Shown in pieces: positions 1-13,296 of a stretch of DNA of 64,000 nt (the stretch's first letter is position 1; every line of letters starts with the position of its first letter). The position numbers and the translations under genes are program-made. Location of the stretch: assembly GCF_964355755.1 (NCBI RefSeq), contig NC_092672.1, forward strand, positions 13,082,001-13,146,000, written 5' to 3'. Origin of the DNA: Antedon mediterranea (lineage: Eukaryota > Animalia > Echinodermata). Under the pieces are notes generated by a model. That model did not search any database, had not been told where the DNA came from, and saw only the letters and a program-made list of their open reading frames with translations.

Positions 1-3000
1 CCCAGAGGGCAAGGTATAAACAAAATTTAATTTAAAAAAAGAAACAAAAATTACAGCTTACACTTACTACTAGTACTCTATAGAAATTTCATTTCATTCA
101 TACAATATTTCCAGGAATTAATTCTAAAAAAAGAAACTATGGCATATGTTGATCTCAAAATTGAGAAATCTTTGCAGAACAGGAAGGAAATTGTAGAATT
201 TGATAATTGTTTATAATCACAATAGAACAAACTTGCAATCCCTAGAAAAGGCATGTTGACATGTATGATGTGTTTAACTCTATAACAATCACCTTTTAAT
301 AAAAGGTGATTGTTATAGAGTTAAACGTAGGTGTATCATAAAAGGTTTATGAACAAATGGATTAATTATTATTGCTTGCCTACTTTTATTAGAATACTAT
401 GAATGGTACATTGAACTATAATAATTTGAACTATCACCAAGTACAATATAAGGCAATACAAAAATAACCTACGCTCGCGCTAAGGTCAAATTTTCGTTCG
501 CCAAAATGGCAAAAGGTTTTGAAAAACATTAGCCAAATTGAAAATCCTTTAGCCAAATTTAAAAAACCATAAAAATTCGCAAAAATGTTTATTAAATAAA
601 TAATGCATGTATTTGTTTGTTATTTTAATTCTTTTACATTTATATTATTATTATTTATCCCAATGAAGCTGATTTTCGTTACCGCGATTTTAACACGTTC
701 GTGAAATTTCAAAAAGTGACGTGTCTTTGAAGTTAAAAATATACTATTTCTTATGTACCCATGAGAATAAAAATTATATGCCTGGAAAGATCTTGTTTAA
801 GGGATTATTTTTATATATTTTTAATCTATGTTTATTAAATATTTTAATAGAAAACACAAGTTAAAAATGAGGTACAAAAGCCGGCGAGCCGAAATCCGCG
901 CGCTAAAAATAACTTTGGAAAACACCTACCCATTTTCGCACCCGATCGCACGAGGTCCATAATAGGTGGTGGAGTAATTTTTGTTGCATGTTATCAGGCT
1001 TTAAATACTCTTTATTTTGATATGTAAATCGGTTATTATTATTATGTACATCCGCCTCATATGTCAATTTTAACGATAACAATTTTTTAGCCTTTCTCAT
1101 TATCAAAATCTGGCTAATTTAGTAATGAATTAAAGCTACGGTAATTTATATTTCTGTTTGATAAACCACATCGTTTTATTTGACTTTGCGTGGACCTGGT
1201 GCGAAGAAGCCAACAAGACCAACCACTGAAAAAAATAATCCCTACCATAAATATCAGTGTTTACCATTTTCCTTACGGGGGATTCAGTTCTCCGCTTATT
1301 ACTAAATTACCGTCGCCTAGGTATTAGCGCGTTAATTAATGATTGGATAACCCCCGCACAATGGACTGTTCCATTTTCTGAACTAGTATTCGCCGCACAC
1401 GAGGCATGTCGAAAAATGTCGCCTCTCATCATGGAATACTTGCTTCGAAACGTCAATTTTACCGATTTATTAAATTATTTAATAAGTGGAATATTTATCA
1501 ATCTATTATATAAAACAAGTACGTTAGGAAGAAATGTACCACAGAAATTTAAGAAGCTTTGAATTTGCTATGCAGCGGCCGTAACCCATTCTATGTAGGC
1601 GGCCGAAACGCGCTTTGGCCAGGGTTGCCGTTGTAGTATACGTTGTTTCTTAGCTATTCAATTTAAAGCGCAACTTTCGGTTAGAATAATCGAAAGGGAA
1701 ATAAAATTAAACATGTTAACATTATACTATTGAGGTAATTACTTTGTTAAATTTAAAATTCCCCTTTTTAAATAACAGAACAGCCTCGTTTACGGAAGTA
1801 TTCGTCCACATGTTTCTGTTTACATTTTCTTCTCGAAGTTCATTTTCTACGTCGAAGAATAGGGACTTCCCCTTTTATTCGCTCATCATCACGTCGACGA
1901 CGACCGGCCACGAACCAATCACATTAACTGCGTGTCATTAAAACGTCATCGAGGCACGCTCTGCGCATGTTTAAACAGAACTAAAAAAATGAACACGGCG
2001 ATCGTGACGTCGTCACATAAAATGCTGTTGTGGTAAAAAGTGTACCCGAGTCAGAAAGTACCGAAGTGTGGCGAATTCTCGCTCCCATTAAGAAGTCACG
2101 CCGACCAGGCTAGGCCTAGGCTTGGAAATGTATTTTCGCCAATTTGGCGAACGAGGCAATAATTATTTTCGCCAAATGGAGACTCCAGTCGCCATTGGCG
2201 AATTGGCGAGCGGTTAGCGCGAGCCTAGAATAACATTAACAGTGACTGAATTAGGAACTTAACTACTACAAGTTATAAGGAATTCGTAATGGTATAAGTC
2301 CTTTTCATTTCATTTATTGTGTCCATTATTTTTCTCCATAAAAATGCAATAAAAAAAATGTGGACAAAGAACAAGAAAACATCACACAAAACCAGGCAGA
2401 GACAGGATTCCTAAAAAGCGAACTTAATCACTATCTAGTAGGTCTCCTTTTGCACTAATTGTATAAACTAGATGGCACGCTCGCTTCGCTCGCGTACCAT
2501 CTAGGTCGTGCCCACAGATGGTTCTCGAATACACAGTATTTCCAGCGAGAAAAAAATGGAGATTTCAAATGTACATAGGCCTACTGCAGGACTATAATAC
2601 ATTGTCGTTTACAGAAACGAATAAATATACACAATGATTTATGTAGTCAACCAAAATTAGCACCCTGGGAATTACTTCCGAGAGAGAAACAAAATGAGTC
2701 AAATTTATTTATTTGCACTCATTTAAACAAACCCAATTTGTGTTTTGTATGTAACATTAAGGGTTGAGGGATGGGGGAAGAAGATAGGTACAAAGAGGAA
2801 ACATTTTAAAATATATTCTTATCCACTCAGTAACGAAATATTGTTTTTAATGTTTTATAGGCCTATAAATAATATACTACTAAATACAGTAAAACATTTA
2901 CGATTTAATACTTTGTTAAAACTCTCACTGTCATAGTCGATTGAAATAGTAAAGTACATGTAACGATACACCACTACGACGTTTATATATTTTTAAATTA

Positions 3001-6000
3001 TTAATTAATACAAACGTTGAGAAGCAACTGTCAGTAATAACGTTTATTTATTTGTATATTATATGTTTATAATCTAACAGTAGGGCCTACCCACACTCAC
3101 AGTAATAAAGTTTATTTGTATATTATTTGTTTATATTATATCTAACAGTACCAACACTCACAGTAAGAAATTTGCGATTCAAATTGCGATCAAAAGTGGT
3201 TAATACCTTAACAGTATTGTACAGCATTGCAAAACTATTTATGTTTATTCTCCAAGGGGGCCCATAAATCTAAATCTATACCTCTATGGTTAAACCAAAT
3301 AATTTGGAATGTTCCATTCATCACAAATCAATACATTTGTAAAAACGTATATTACATGTATCAAAATAGCATTTTTTAAAGAAAATCGGCCTGTCTTCAA
3401 CATTATGATACTGTACTCGAACTGTTCAACCGGTTTTCAGCTATTAAAAACAATTATCGTAGGAGGAGATAGGAAAATGCGAAGTGTCCTCGTATTATTG
3501 TGTGCGGGTATTTTTCAAATTGACATCCATTAGACAGTGTATATATATACCACGATCGGAAAACACCCCTATTTGGGGCAAATCGTTGAACCTAAATTCG
3601 TTTTAATCGTCAATAACTAATTTTCGAACTCAATTTAATTAGTAAACAGGGTTACATCAGGTGGTTAAAATCAGTACCGAAAGTACGAACAAACTTTACA
3701 TACCATCGAGTAAACATTCTAGAAATAACGCGCGATTGACCGATTTTTGCCCTTACGTAAATTTATATATAGAAAACATTAAGGGCCTGTTTCTGCTGAA
3801 AAAATAAAAATAATCGATTTTTTCTAAGTACCACAAACCAGAGAAATGATCGCATTGCAAATAAAAATGTTCTCCGACGTTAATCGGTTATCTGGTAATC
3901 GCTTTTAAAAAATCACGTCATCCATACCCACAGCGCAGTTCAAGTTATGGAAGGCCGATGAGAGTTGGTTTGTTTACATCCTGTCGCTGCCTAAAACTCT
4001 CACATGTAGGATTAAAAATTGAACTTGTAAAGCTATATTATTTGTAAAATAAACATCTAGTAGACTAGTCCTACTACCGTACCACATAGAGCAGAATAAT
4101 GATGTTATATTAATAAGGGCACGTCGGCGAGAAAAGTTTGTTTTGCCGCTCGGCTAAAAAAGGACATATAAAACATTGTTAGCCTGGACTGGTGGGATGT
4201 AACGATGTACTTGTAACGCAGAATCTTAGAGTCTCTCTGTATAATTCTCCCCCACAAAATAATCAAAATCAAATGTTTAACATTTGATTGTTATTCGGTC
4301 CACATCGCTGATCGTTGTCGATCTCGCAATAAACAGCATGCTTTGTGAATGAGGGTTGCCATACTCTAGAGGTCAAAGTGTGGTCAATAATCGCTATAAA
4401 TTTGTGTTGCAGTTCAAAACTGCTCCACAATAATCGGTTAAAACAAGAAATAATCGATTAAAACACGCAATGGATTTAGTGTTTTTAATCGGTTATTTTT
4501 AATCGGTTTAATCAATTAAAAAAATAAACGGTTAATAATCGATTATTTCTGCTCAGCAGAAACAGGCCCTTAGAATAAAATTTGTATAAACATTAAAAAT
4601 GCATATAAATACTCTATCAAAATAAATTGATTAAATTTGTCAATACATAGCAAAATCTTACTTACAATAAATTGTAAGCTTATTAAAAGTCTTAATACCT
4701 GTATTTAAATTGACTGAATTTTATTTCTTCCGGTATTTCCTCCCATGCACAGGGAAATGTTGAAAATTGAGTGTACTTCCTTGATAAAATAAGAAAATCT
4801 GTACCATTTATATTTTCTTGATCTTTCCTAAATTGTATAGCTTTTAATTAAGCTTATTTAAATATATTTTAATTTCATTAAATTGTTAATTAAAAACAGT
4901 TTTTTTTCTTACTGTACGAAATATTTGTAAGGGATTTTATTGGGTAATTTGAAAAGTAGGTGCTATTTAAAAAAAAAAACATGTTACAAAACAAAATTAA
5001 AAACATACTGTAGGGAAAGTATTGATAATTATTGGAATATTATATTATAATGATTATTATTAGTACGGTAATTGTTGCCTGCACCTGGCCTTTAAACAAG
5101 TAAGATAAGTGTGACCTTTTTTATTTCATGCCATATCATGATGATTTGTATGTTTTTTTGTATGCATTTTGTGTTAAAGCTAAAAGCGTCTGCTGCATGT
5201 ATATTTGAACAATCTTTACAAAATGTTTTACAATAACTCATGTCAACCATAACATTACTACAGCTCACAAATGCCAATGCAGAGCAGGGAAAATCACTTA
5301 AATCATTTTAATGTCAAATAACCTACTTTTGCTTTCAGTGGTATTTTATCAAATGCCAACTGCAACAGTATAATACATTTTTTCCAACTAATTTTAAGCA
5401 TTAAACAATTCCTGAATATATAACAAATACTAAAAACTGTCCTGAAGCATTATCAGTGTACTGTACTGTACATGGCCTAAATAAGATACAGATGTAATTT
5501 CTTCATTTTTTTAACAACTTAAAGATGTATTGTCTGTAGAAAGACAAATTAATTTTTACCAAAAACCCAATTTGAAATTGCAGCATTTTTTCAGGTAAAT
5601 AATTCATTTATCGATTTAATTTTTGGTCACGGTGAATAAATATTATTTGATATTTAAATTTCGTCCATAATGATGACTCAAAAAATATGTAAAATGTAAA
5701 AAAATAATTTTCTTCATGAAGACAATACAGTATTGTATCTTAAAAATAAATCCCTATTCCCTACGTTTTATACATATAATGTAAAAAATAAGTTGATTTA
5801 AATCTCAACATAACATGCATTGCGAGCGAATTGATATTTTGGGTTTTTTTTTATGTGATTCACTCACTTTCGATCAATCGTGAAGGCCAAAAAAATCGTA
5901 CATTTTCAGCGAAAATACCAGTACGGATTCTGTCAAAAAAAGAAAGAAAATTAATGCAGCAACTAGGCTAGGCCTATAGTAGGCCTATAGATAATCGAAT

Positions 6001-9000
6001 GATGTCCATATGTTACTGCTGTTTAACGTCAGAGGCCTACAAAGCCTAGCTAGGCTAGCCCTAAAGACCATCCATGGGAAAGAATGAATGAATGTCTTTC
6101 CCGTGGATGGTCTTTAGGGCTAGAATCAATGTGACCTAGTGCATTTACTATTGTTTTTATAAAACGTAAAAAAATGCTTTAAGAAATAGACTGGCTACAG
6201 ATACAACAATACACTACTACAGTACTACCCCATTAATGGATTTAAAAAATTAAAATCCAGAAGGCTAAACATAGTTTGGATTTTATAGGACAAGGAAGTT
6301 AAATTTAAAATAAATATACAGACTGTGATGGTACTGTATGTGATGGTGATTGAAAGAGAGAAAGACTTTGTCAGAATTATAATAATAATATAGCACCCTT
6401 TTTTTGACTGAACATGTTCAAAGGTGCTTTTACATATTAATTAAAATAGACCCTAGTTTTAAAAATGTCCTGTCTGTAAAAGAAAAATACATTTTAGCAG
6501 TGTTGAAGGATAACATATTATTGTCCCCTTCAAAAATAATTTGTTGTGTATTCATGTTGTTGAATATGACATTTTACGTAATTAGGTATTCATGTTTTAT
6601 TATCGGTCAGACAATGGTTTCTGGTTAAATTTTGTATTTTTAAAAATGAAATCATTATTTTTGTTTGTTTTGTTCGTATAATGAAAACTTAATGTTTCAT
6701 TTCAGGAGTTTCCATGGCTACCAAAACCAGTGAATGAACTAAATGAAGCAACTTCTCGTCCAATCAACGAAGAACCTTGCATTGTATATTTCACTAGTGA
6801 GTTCAGGATTTGATTTTTGTTTCTGGATTTCTAACATATTTTAGTTAATTTCAAACGGTGATATTTAAACAATTATAAACATACATGACAATAACAAACG
6901 ATTGAAATCATGCAGTGGTATTGGTACAATTTAATGAATTTACCAATTTGTTATAAAAAATACAACCAATCGTTTCTTTATATAAATAGCAATAGTAAAA
7001 ACCGTGGCTGTAAAATTTGAATTTTTTGTATTTTAAAGTAAAATGTTATGTTTTGGTATCATTGTTTATATTTTCTTTAAAGATTCTGAAACTGTTGATG
7101 AAGAACTTGCCTTAATGGAACCAGTGGCTGTCAGTTTTTGCGACAAGGCGAAGGAGTCTGGAGACAATGTGCCAATGTTCCTAGTGGGAGGATCAGTAAG
7201 TGTGAATACAATATTTTTTGAGACACAAATTTTTAAAATTACAATTTATTATTTAAAAAAAGTGTAGCATTTTTTAAAACTGTATTATAATATACACAAA
7301 AAAGTAAAATCACAAAGCATTTTTTATTAATCTAATTATGGTGACAAACCCTGTATACACAATCTCGGCATACACAATCTCAGAAATGTTTGTCCCTCTT
7401 TATCTGTATTTCTTATACTGTAATACTAATTAGGTAGTAGCAAGGTGAAACAAATTGTCTAAAATGCCACTTATTGCCTACGGTAGGATACAATGGAGAT
7501 TTTATTAATGAACACACACGACATCACATATTTAAGATATGTTTTAAAATTAATTGAATTCTTGATCTGTCTTGTTTCTCAATGTTTTTCTTATACCTAT
7601 TGACCAATTATTATTACTAATTTTATGTTTATTTGTTGACAATCTTATACTATAGATAATGCTGTAGATTGTTTGTTTGTTTTATTCGGTACTCAAGAAA
7701 CACAACAAAAATACCAGGATGACCCATAAAGCTGAAACAGCTTAATTCCAATGGGGTCCTTTAAAGAATATCACAGATACACCTATATGAGTTGTTGATT
7801 TTTGAAGTACTTTTTGTGCTGAACACATATTTGATATAATTTTTTGTTTTTAACAATCGGAAATTGCCGAAAATACATAATTTTAATATTTTTCTAAGCC
7901 CCGCCCCCGGCGATGTTCAGCGAAGCGCGTCCAAGCCCTGTGACGTCAAAGCAGTAACATAGCTTTCTTGGGATATCGCTTGCCTCCTCCTGCATCGTGC
8001 GCTATATACACACATTTACACAGTACTTTTTTATTCGCTATTCGCTATTTATCGTGTTGAAAGAGATGGATTATATACAGCCGTATCAAGCAAGTTAGAT
8101 AATAATGTGTACATTATAAATGCATACTAATACAATAAACAGAAACATCCATACAAAATACCATCATCAGCATGGTTAATGCGCAATACCAAAGTGAACC
8201 TTTAACGCACGTTTATATTCAATTAATTTGTGTATACTCTTAATATCGGAAGGTAGATCATTCCAGTCTTTAATAGCATTATAATAAAATGTTTTAGAGG
8301 CTTGGCCTTTAATATTTGGAATTACAAAGTTTACATTGGATTTCCTTGTACTATGAGTGTGCCGATCAGAAATCTTTGTAAAATGTTCATTAAGATAAGG
8401 AGCTTCAATATTGTGGTATATTTTGAAAGCGTGGATTAGTCTAATATACTTAACCCTATCGCTTATTTTCAGGTATTCAGTAACGGCAAGTTCGGCCTGA
8501 CCAACATGTGCCCTAGGGGCGAGATCGAGAATAAATCTCACAATTTTGTTTTGTGTTACTTGTAGTTTATTTTTCAGGACAGTACTGATACCACAATACC
8601 AGGACGAGACAGCATAATCGAAAATACTTTGGATTAACGCCATGCATAACAGCTTACGACTTTGCATGTCCAAACAGCTAGCCTGTCTGTACATGAACTT
8701 TAATCTGGAATTTGCTTTTTTAATTATATTGTTAACATATTCTTCATTAGACACACAATTATCTATTTGTAGACCAAGGTTATTTATGGAATTGCAACTA
8801 TGGATGGTCTGTCTATCTTTGATACAATTGTGTGGTGTAAATACAGATATTGCCACAAATTTCAACATACAGTAGTATTGTGATTACTGCAAATTGAGAC
8901 TTTATGGGACATACAGTATTTGTTTACAAAAACCATTTTTTTTTGTCAGTTTTATTTATGTTATAAGATCAGACCACTTGGATGCAACATAAATAAAATA

Positions 9001-9349
9001 TGTCACCATGTCAAAAGCAACAGTTTGGATGATCGATCACACCATGATTGGTCAAATTACTTCCGTTGGCGTGCATTGCGTGCAAGTGAAAATCAAGACC
9101 CATATTACCCATCTTTTCTTTTTTTTTGTAATTTCCAATTTCTTTATTTTTTAGGACGAAATTGTTTTGTCTCTTTTGGAATTTCTTAACGTGAAGGACG
9201 AGGACTTACCGATGTTAGCTGTACTTGATATACCGGAGCAACGCTGGTATAAGGCACCAGAAAAAGAGATAACTGCTGACCTTATCTCAAGTGTTGCACA
9301 AAAGTATATTGATGATGATTTAGAGTTCCAATCACTGTCTGGAAAATAG
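1..9349 (+). CDS. NXN: Nucleoredoxin-like protein, last four exons (5' part lies outside the window)
   Basis: Exons <1-13 (PEGK|gt), 6706-6796 (EFPWLPKPVNELNEATSRPINEEPCIVYFT), 7083-7195 (NSETVDEELALMEPVAVSFCDKAKESGDNVPMFLVGGS) and 9155-9349 (DEIVLSLLEFLNV...LPMLAVLDIP...EITADLISS...stop). All introns are GT-AG with matching phases. The peptide resembles the recalled nucleoredoxin C-terminus (EFPWHPKPVLEL...LNEGPCLVLF...PLLTILD...EITPAIV). Confidence 0.85.
272..326. repeat. Perfect palindrome, 27-bp arms with a 1-nt centre
   Basis: GTTTAACTCTATAACAATCACCTTTTA-A-TAAAAGGTGATTGTTATAGAGTTAAAC. Confidence 0.95.
470..2227. mobile_element. Non-autonomous hAT-like DNA element (about 1.76 kb)
   Basis: Terminal inverted repeats TA(C/G)GCTCGCGCTAA...TTAGCGCGAGCCTA. 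Subterminal TCGCCA/TGGCGA motifs occur at both ends. A degenerate 8-bp flanking repeat is present (AAATAACC / GAATAACA). GC content is higher than the surroundings. Confidence 0.65.
2468..3773 (-). mobile_element. Non-autonomous Helitron, both ends present (about 1.3 kb)
   Basis: On the minus strand it starts TCTATATATAAATTTACGTAAGGGC and ends in a hairpin (CTAGATGG...GCGAGCGAAGCGAGC...CCATCTAG) with terminal CTAG followed by T. Homologous copies lie at 39905-40800 and 53700-55530. Confidence 0.8.
3783..4569. mobile_element. PIF/Harbinger-like MITE
   Basis: 17-bp TIR GGGCCTGTTTCTGCTGA...TCAGCAGAAACAGGCCC, flanked by TAA/TTA, with repeated subterminal TAATCG(G/A)TT motifs. Confidence 0.75.
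5520..5742. mobile_element. Degenerate fragment of the Kolobok-like AGATGTATTGTC MITE family
   Basis: TTAAAGATGTATTGTC start and GACAATAC...ATCTTAAA end. Related decayed fragments lie near 6517-6650, 13720-13910, 33500-33730 and 46737-46980. Confidence 0.45.
6055..6123. repeat. 69-nt hairpin (29-bp stem, 11-nt loop)
   Basis: CTAGCCCTAAAGACCATCCATGGGAAAGA-ATGAATGAATG-TCTTTCCCGTGGATGGTCTTTAGGGCTAG, with a single T:G mismatch. Confidence 0.95.
7670..8868 (-). mobile_element. 5'-truncated CR1/L2-group LINE remnant in the last NXN intron
   Basis: ORF 8176-8868 has LINE ORF2 C-terminal motifs (NLGLQIDN...KKANSRL...FDYAVSSW...KLQVTQNKIVRFIL...TFYYNAIKDWNDLP). A LINE-type 3' tail (AGGACCCCATTGGAATTAAG...GGGTCATCCT...AATAAA(ACAA)n) lies at 7670-7760. 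An unrelated-looking segment at about 7761-8090 separates the two. Confidence 0.8.
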
Positions 9350-10249
9350 ATACTGTATGAATTACTGTATTCCTGTATTATTGTTGTATTAGTCTCACAA
9401 TAGAACATAGTATTCTGTCTATTATAGTTGAGTATGTTTGAACTGCCTTTAAGATCTAGTCAAAACCAACTTCTAGAACTACACTGCAAATATGGCTGGT
9501 GGATAGATTCATTTAAAAAATTCACATGAAAATGCTTATAACATGTAATTATTCTATTTTTGGTTTTATGCTCTTACAATTGATTACTTACTGTATGAAG
9601 ATATCAGATGTTTGACATTACAATGTGTATTATGACTGTCATTATGTCAACCCATTAAAATTGAATACATGCAGCATTTTTAAAGCATAAAACCCACTCA
9701 GCATAAATATTTCTTTTTGGTTCAAATTTAACTTCAGACTATCATTTAAGGCTAAAACCTTATAACATCACAACGCATGCATATACAGGATAAATAATAT
9801 ACACAGTGAGTTAGTACCATCTTTATGTGTCAACAAAAAAAAACACTTTTGTGTTGTGTACATTTTTAACATTTTAGTTTGGAAATCAAAATTCATATTA
9901 AGTATATTCTATACAATTTAGTTAAGATTTAAAGAAAAGTATATTTATCAAATTTTGTATTTTAGAGCATTTTAAGCAGTAAAGTATTTTCTACAAATTA
10001 AGCACTATCTCCTACAGCAAGTCTGTAATTTTTAATTTTATTTTTTTAAATTTTTTTTTTCATTTGATGGAAATTTTAGAATTTAGTATAATACATTAAT
10101 TCACATTGTTAAATGATTTTTTATATGAACATCAGCATTAGAGAGGTTTTGATTTGTGGCGACCAAGGATCCATAATATTGTGTTGTAGGTTTTTGCCTA
10201 GTCCTAGAGAATCCACCAACAAATTTTGTATGTTCCATTCATCCTGCAT

Positions 10250-10631
10250 GAAGGTAGCGGGACAGTTTGGCCCTGGGAGGATTCGGCATGGAACTGTTTG
10301 ACCCTGAGACGATTCAGCCCACTTATATTATTGGCCTTGATACATATTTTATAACCATAAGTAAGCTTTTTAATGAAAAAAAAAGAGACTACAATATGGC
10401 GAGTACACAAATAACAAAGTTTTCAAAATAAAAATTGCATATAAAATTACTTTTTTATATCAACATTGGCAATATCAATAAAATATGTTCAAACACCTTT
10501 AAAAACGTGATAAATACCACAAAAAATGTATATAACAATCATTGGTTTGGTCTAAAGTGAGACGTTTCAGCCAAAAGAATCTTTCCCCCAAAGTGGGCTG
10601 AATCAACTTGTGGCCGAATTGTCCTAGATTC
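10250..10631. mobile_element. Degenerate MITE-like element with short subterminal repeats
   Basis: Left end has GGACAGTTTGGCC/GATTCGGC/GATTCAGCCCACT. Right end has the inverted AGTGGGCTGAATC/GGCCGAATTGTCC. Confidence 0.4.
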
Positions 10632-13061
10632 TATATAAGCACAATACATTGACATGACTAACTTGGTCCTATAGGTTGTCATAAATCAAACACCTTATCC
10701 CTACAGTACTGTACTGTAATACAAGACCAATATAATATATTACTAGAGACCAATTTGGTATAAAACAATAAATAAATACATTAATTGTAATCTTTGAAAC
10801 CTTATTATTTATAAACCATAGATCTTTCAAGCTGACCAAATGCTTTTTAAAAACATCTCTTAAAATAAACCATCTTAAATTGTACATATTCAGTGTCAAT
10901 GTGATGTAACTGAAATCAGTTTTACAGTAAGTACGTATAATTATAAAAATATATTCTTGTTAAATAAATTTAAAATGAATAGGTATAATGAATGATTGCT
11001 ATGTATTTAGATTTAATCCACCTATAAAAAAATGTGGCACTGTTGTTGTATGAGTAAAAGTTACACAGTATGTGTAGTAGTTGTGTCTGTTGAATGAAAT
11101 TCTGTAAACAGCTAATGATGTATTCCACGGTAATCTGGATTCAGCTTTGATATTTTGACAATTGAACAATGTTTCATCATTCTCTGTTTGTTTTTAACAA
11201 TGCATGCTCCAATTGATTTAAGTAACAAGATTTTTACTTTCCTTATTTGCTTGCTTTAAAATTGTACACTGTCAGCAATATCTTTCAATTAACCAATAGA
11301 AAAAAAATAAGTGTTCCACTGTCACAACAAATTGCATAACAGAACAGGGTGGCCATAGGCTTAGGTTATGTACTGTAGTTGTATTTGGTGGCTAGGCATG
11401 ATTTTATAATTTTATGATACTATGGTGCTGATCAGGTCGGATTCACCACTTTAGGTTATTCAGTGAATAAGACTTACCCTGTAATATAAGAAAGAAACTA
11501 GAAGAGATCCTTCGGCCTAATAGTAATAACACAAAATTCCTTTGTAGGCTTAGGCCTATGTAAAGTAAGCCTACTGTAGGCGCATTCAGCTCAGCACTTT
11601 ATAAATAAGAATGCACAATAATTTTAGCACAATAGAGATAATGGTAAGTCAACGTAAAGTTATGAAACGCAAATTACTTGAGGATAAAAATAGTAAACAA
11701 GTAAACATTTGTAGAAAACTAAAAAGACTGATGCCTGTCATAGTTTAACATTTGGGATTAAATATTACATTTATACTTAACATTTTCTTATTAATAATTA
11801 TTTATTTAATTAATTATTTGCTATTAATGCATGTATTAATAATATAATTGAATGAATTCAAATTTAATAATTACATTTTTAAGTTCAAAAGTAGATCAAA
11901 TAGTATTCATGACTGCAATATAAATTTTTTTAAATATTTTTTCTAAGTTTTACTCTTACAGTAGATGACATTGTAACATGAATTTAAAGCACACTTTTAT
12001 ATTTGTATACTGTATGAATGTATTGCATTGTAGATTATAGTTGTACACCAATAGGCCCAATACACATGTCGTCTGTGGTACATTAAATATTTTTGCCTAC
12101 AAATAAATTAGTTTATTTTATTTGAATAGTTTGTCATTTGTACCTATCTGCAGATAAAGTTTTGGGTGGTGTTTTTTCTGTTATTTACAAGACAAATTCA
12201 GCCTACCCTTTATTCTTATTCAAAATTAAACATAAATAATAAAAGGTGTTGACAAAACCATGTGGCCATAGCAAAGGAAGGGGCTTCTCTTAAAACTGAT
12301 TATTGGCATTTCAGAATAGATTTTGTCCGAACATGGCTTGTCTTCTGAAATAATTATCACACATTATTTGTAAATAAAACACGGAACTCAACTGAAAGGA
12401 ACTAGTTGCTCAAGAATACGTATGTATGTATTTTTGAACGGAACGAGAGAGCAAGTGCTGAAACTGATTGTAACTGGCCATGTTACACGATTCCTAGTTG
12501 TATACTGGGAACAGTAAGCAGGAGCGCGCTTTTATGGAAACATCAAGCTGATTGTGGGTACCCTTTAGAGGCACACATTACATGATTCAAAGTGAAACAG
12601 AAAGCAACTAAAAGAACTGGAATGAATAATATATACAATTGATATAGCTTCCCAATATTAATTATAGCATATAATGTTGTGTTGACATCCGGAGTATATT
12701 AATAATGTACACTTTGGTTTTCTTTCTTTTTTTAGTCTCGGAGAAAAATCATGAAAATTCTCTTGCAGTCTAGGTGAGACATTTGTCAAAACACTAAAAT
12801 ACATATGCACAAATAAATATACACAGTATATAAGGTGTAATCATGTTTGATTTTATTAATAACATAAAGAGAATATTAATTAAGCATTCTAAATTTTCAC
12901 CATAGACAGTCCAGACAGTATTTATTTTTATAAAATATAAACAGAAGTTGTTAATAGCAAGTTGTGTGATGTAATGAGTCTGGTTCATGTAAACATGGTA
13001 CTAATGGGTACACAGGCACACAATATATCATCACTTGTGATATATTTTAAATCATTAGTTT

Positions 13062-13296
13062 ACTTTATTATCATGAAATAGTCACAGGATAACACAAACC
13101 AGAGACGGACCCAGTACTAGGGAATCAGCACCCACCCACACTTTATTATCATGAAATAGTCACAGGATAACACAAACCAGAGACGGACCCAGTACTAGGG
13201 AATCAGCACCCACCCACACTTTATTATCATGAAATAGTCACAGGATAACACAAACCAGAGACGGACCCAGTACTAGGGGATCAGCACCCACCCACC
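13062..13296. repeat. Tandem repeat, 3 x 78 bp, nearly identical
   Basis: The unit ACTTTATTATCATGAAATAGTCACAGGATAACACAAACCAGAGACGGACCCAGTACTAGGGAATCAGCACCCACCCAC starts at 13062, 13140 and 13218. Confidence 0.95.

Noticed and set aside
903-3533. Short ORFs of 60-100 aa
   Set aside because: They lie inside non-autonomous repeats within an NXN intron, have no recognisable motifs and often have non-ATG starts.
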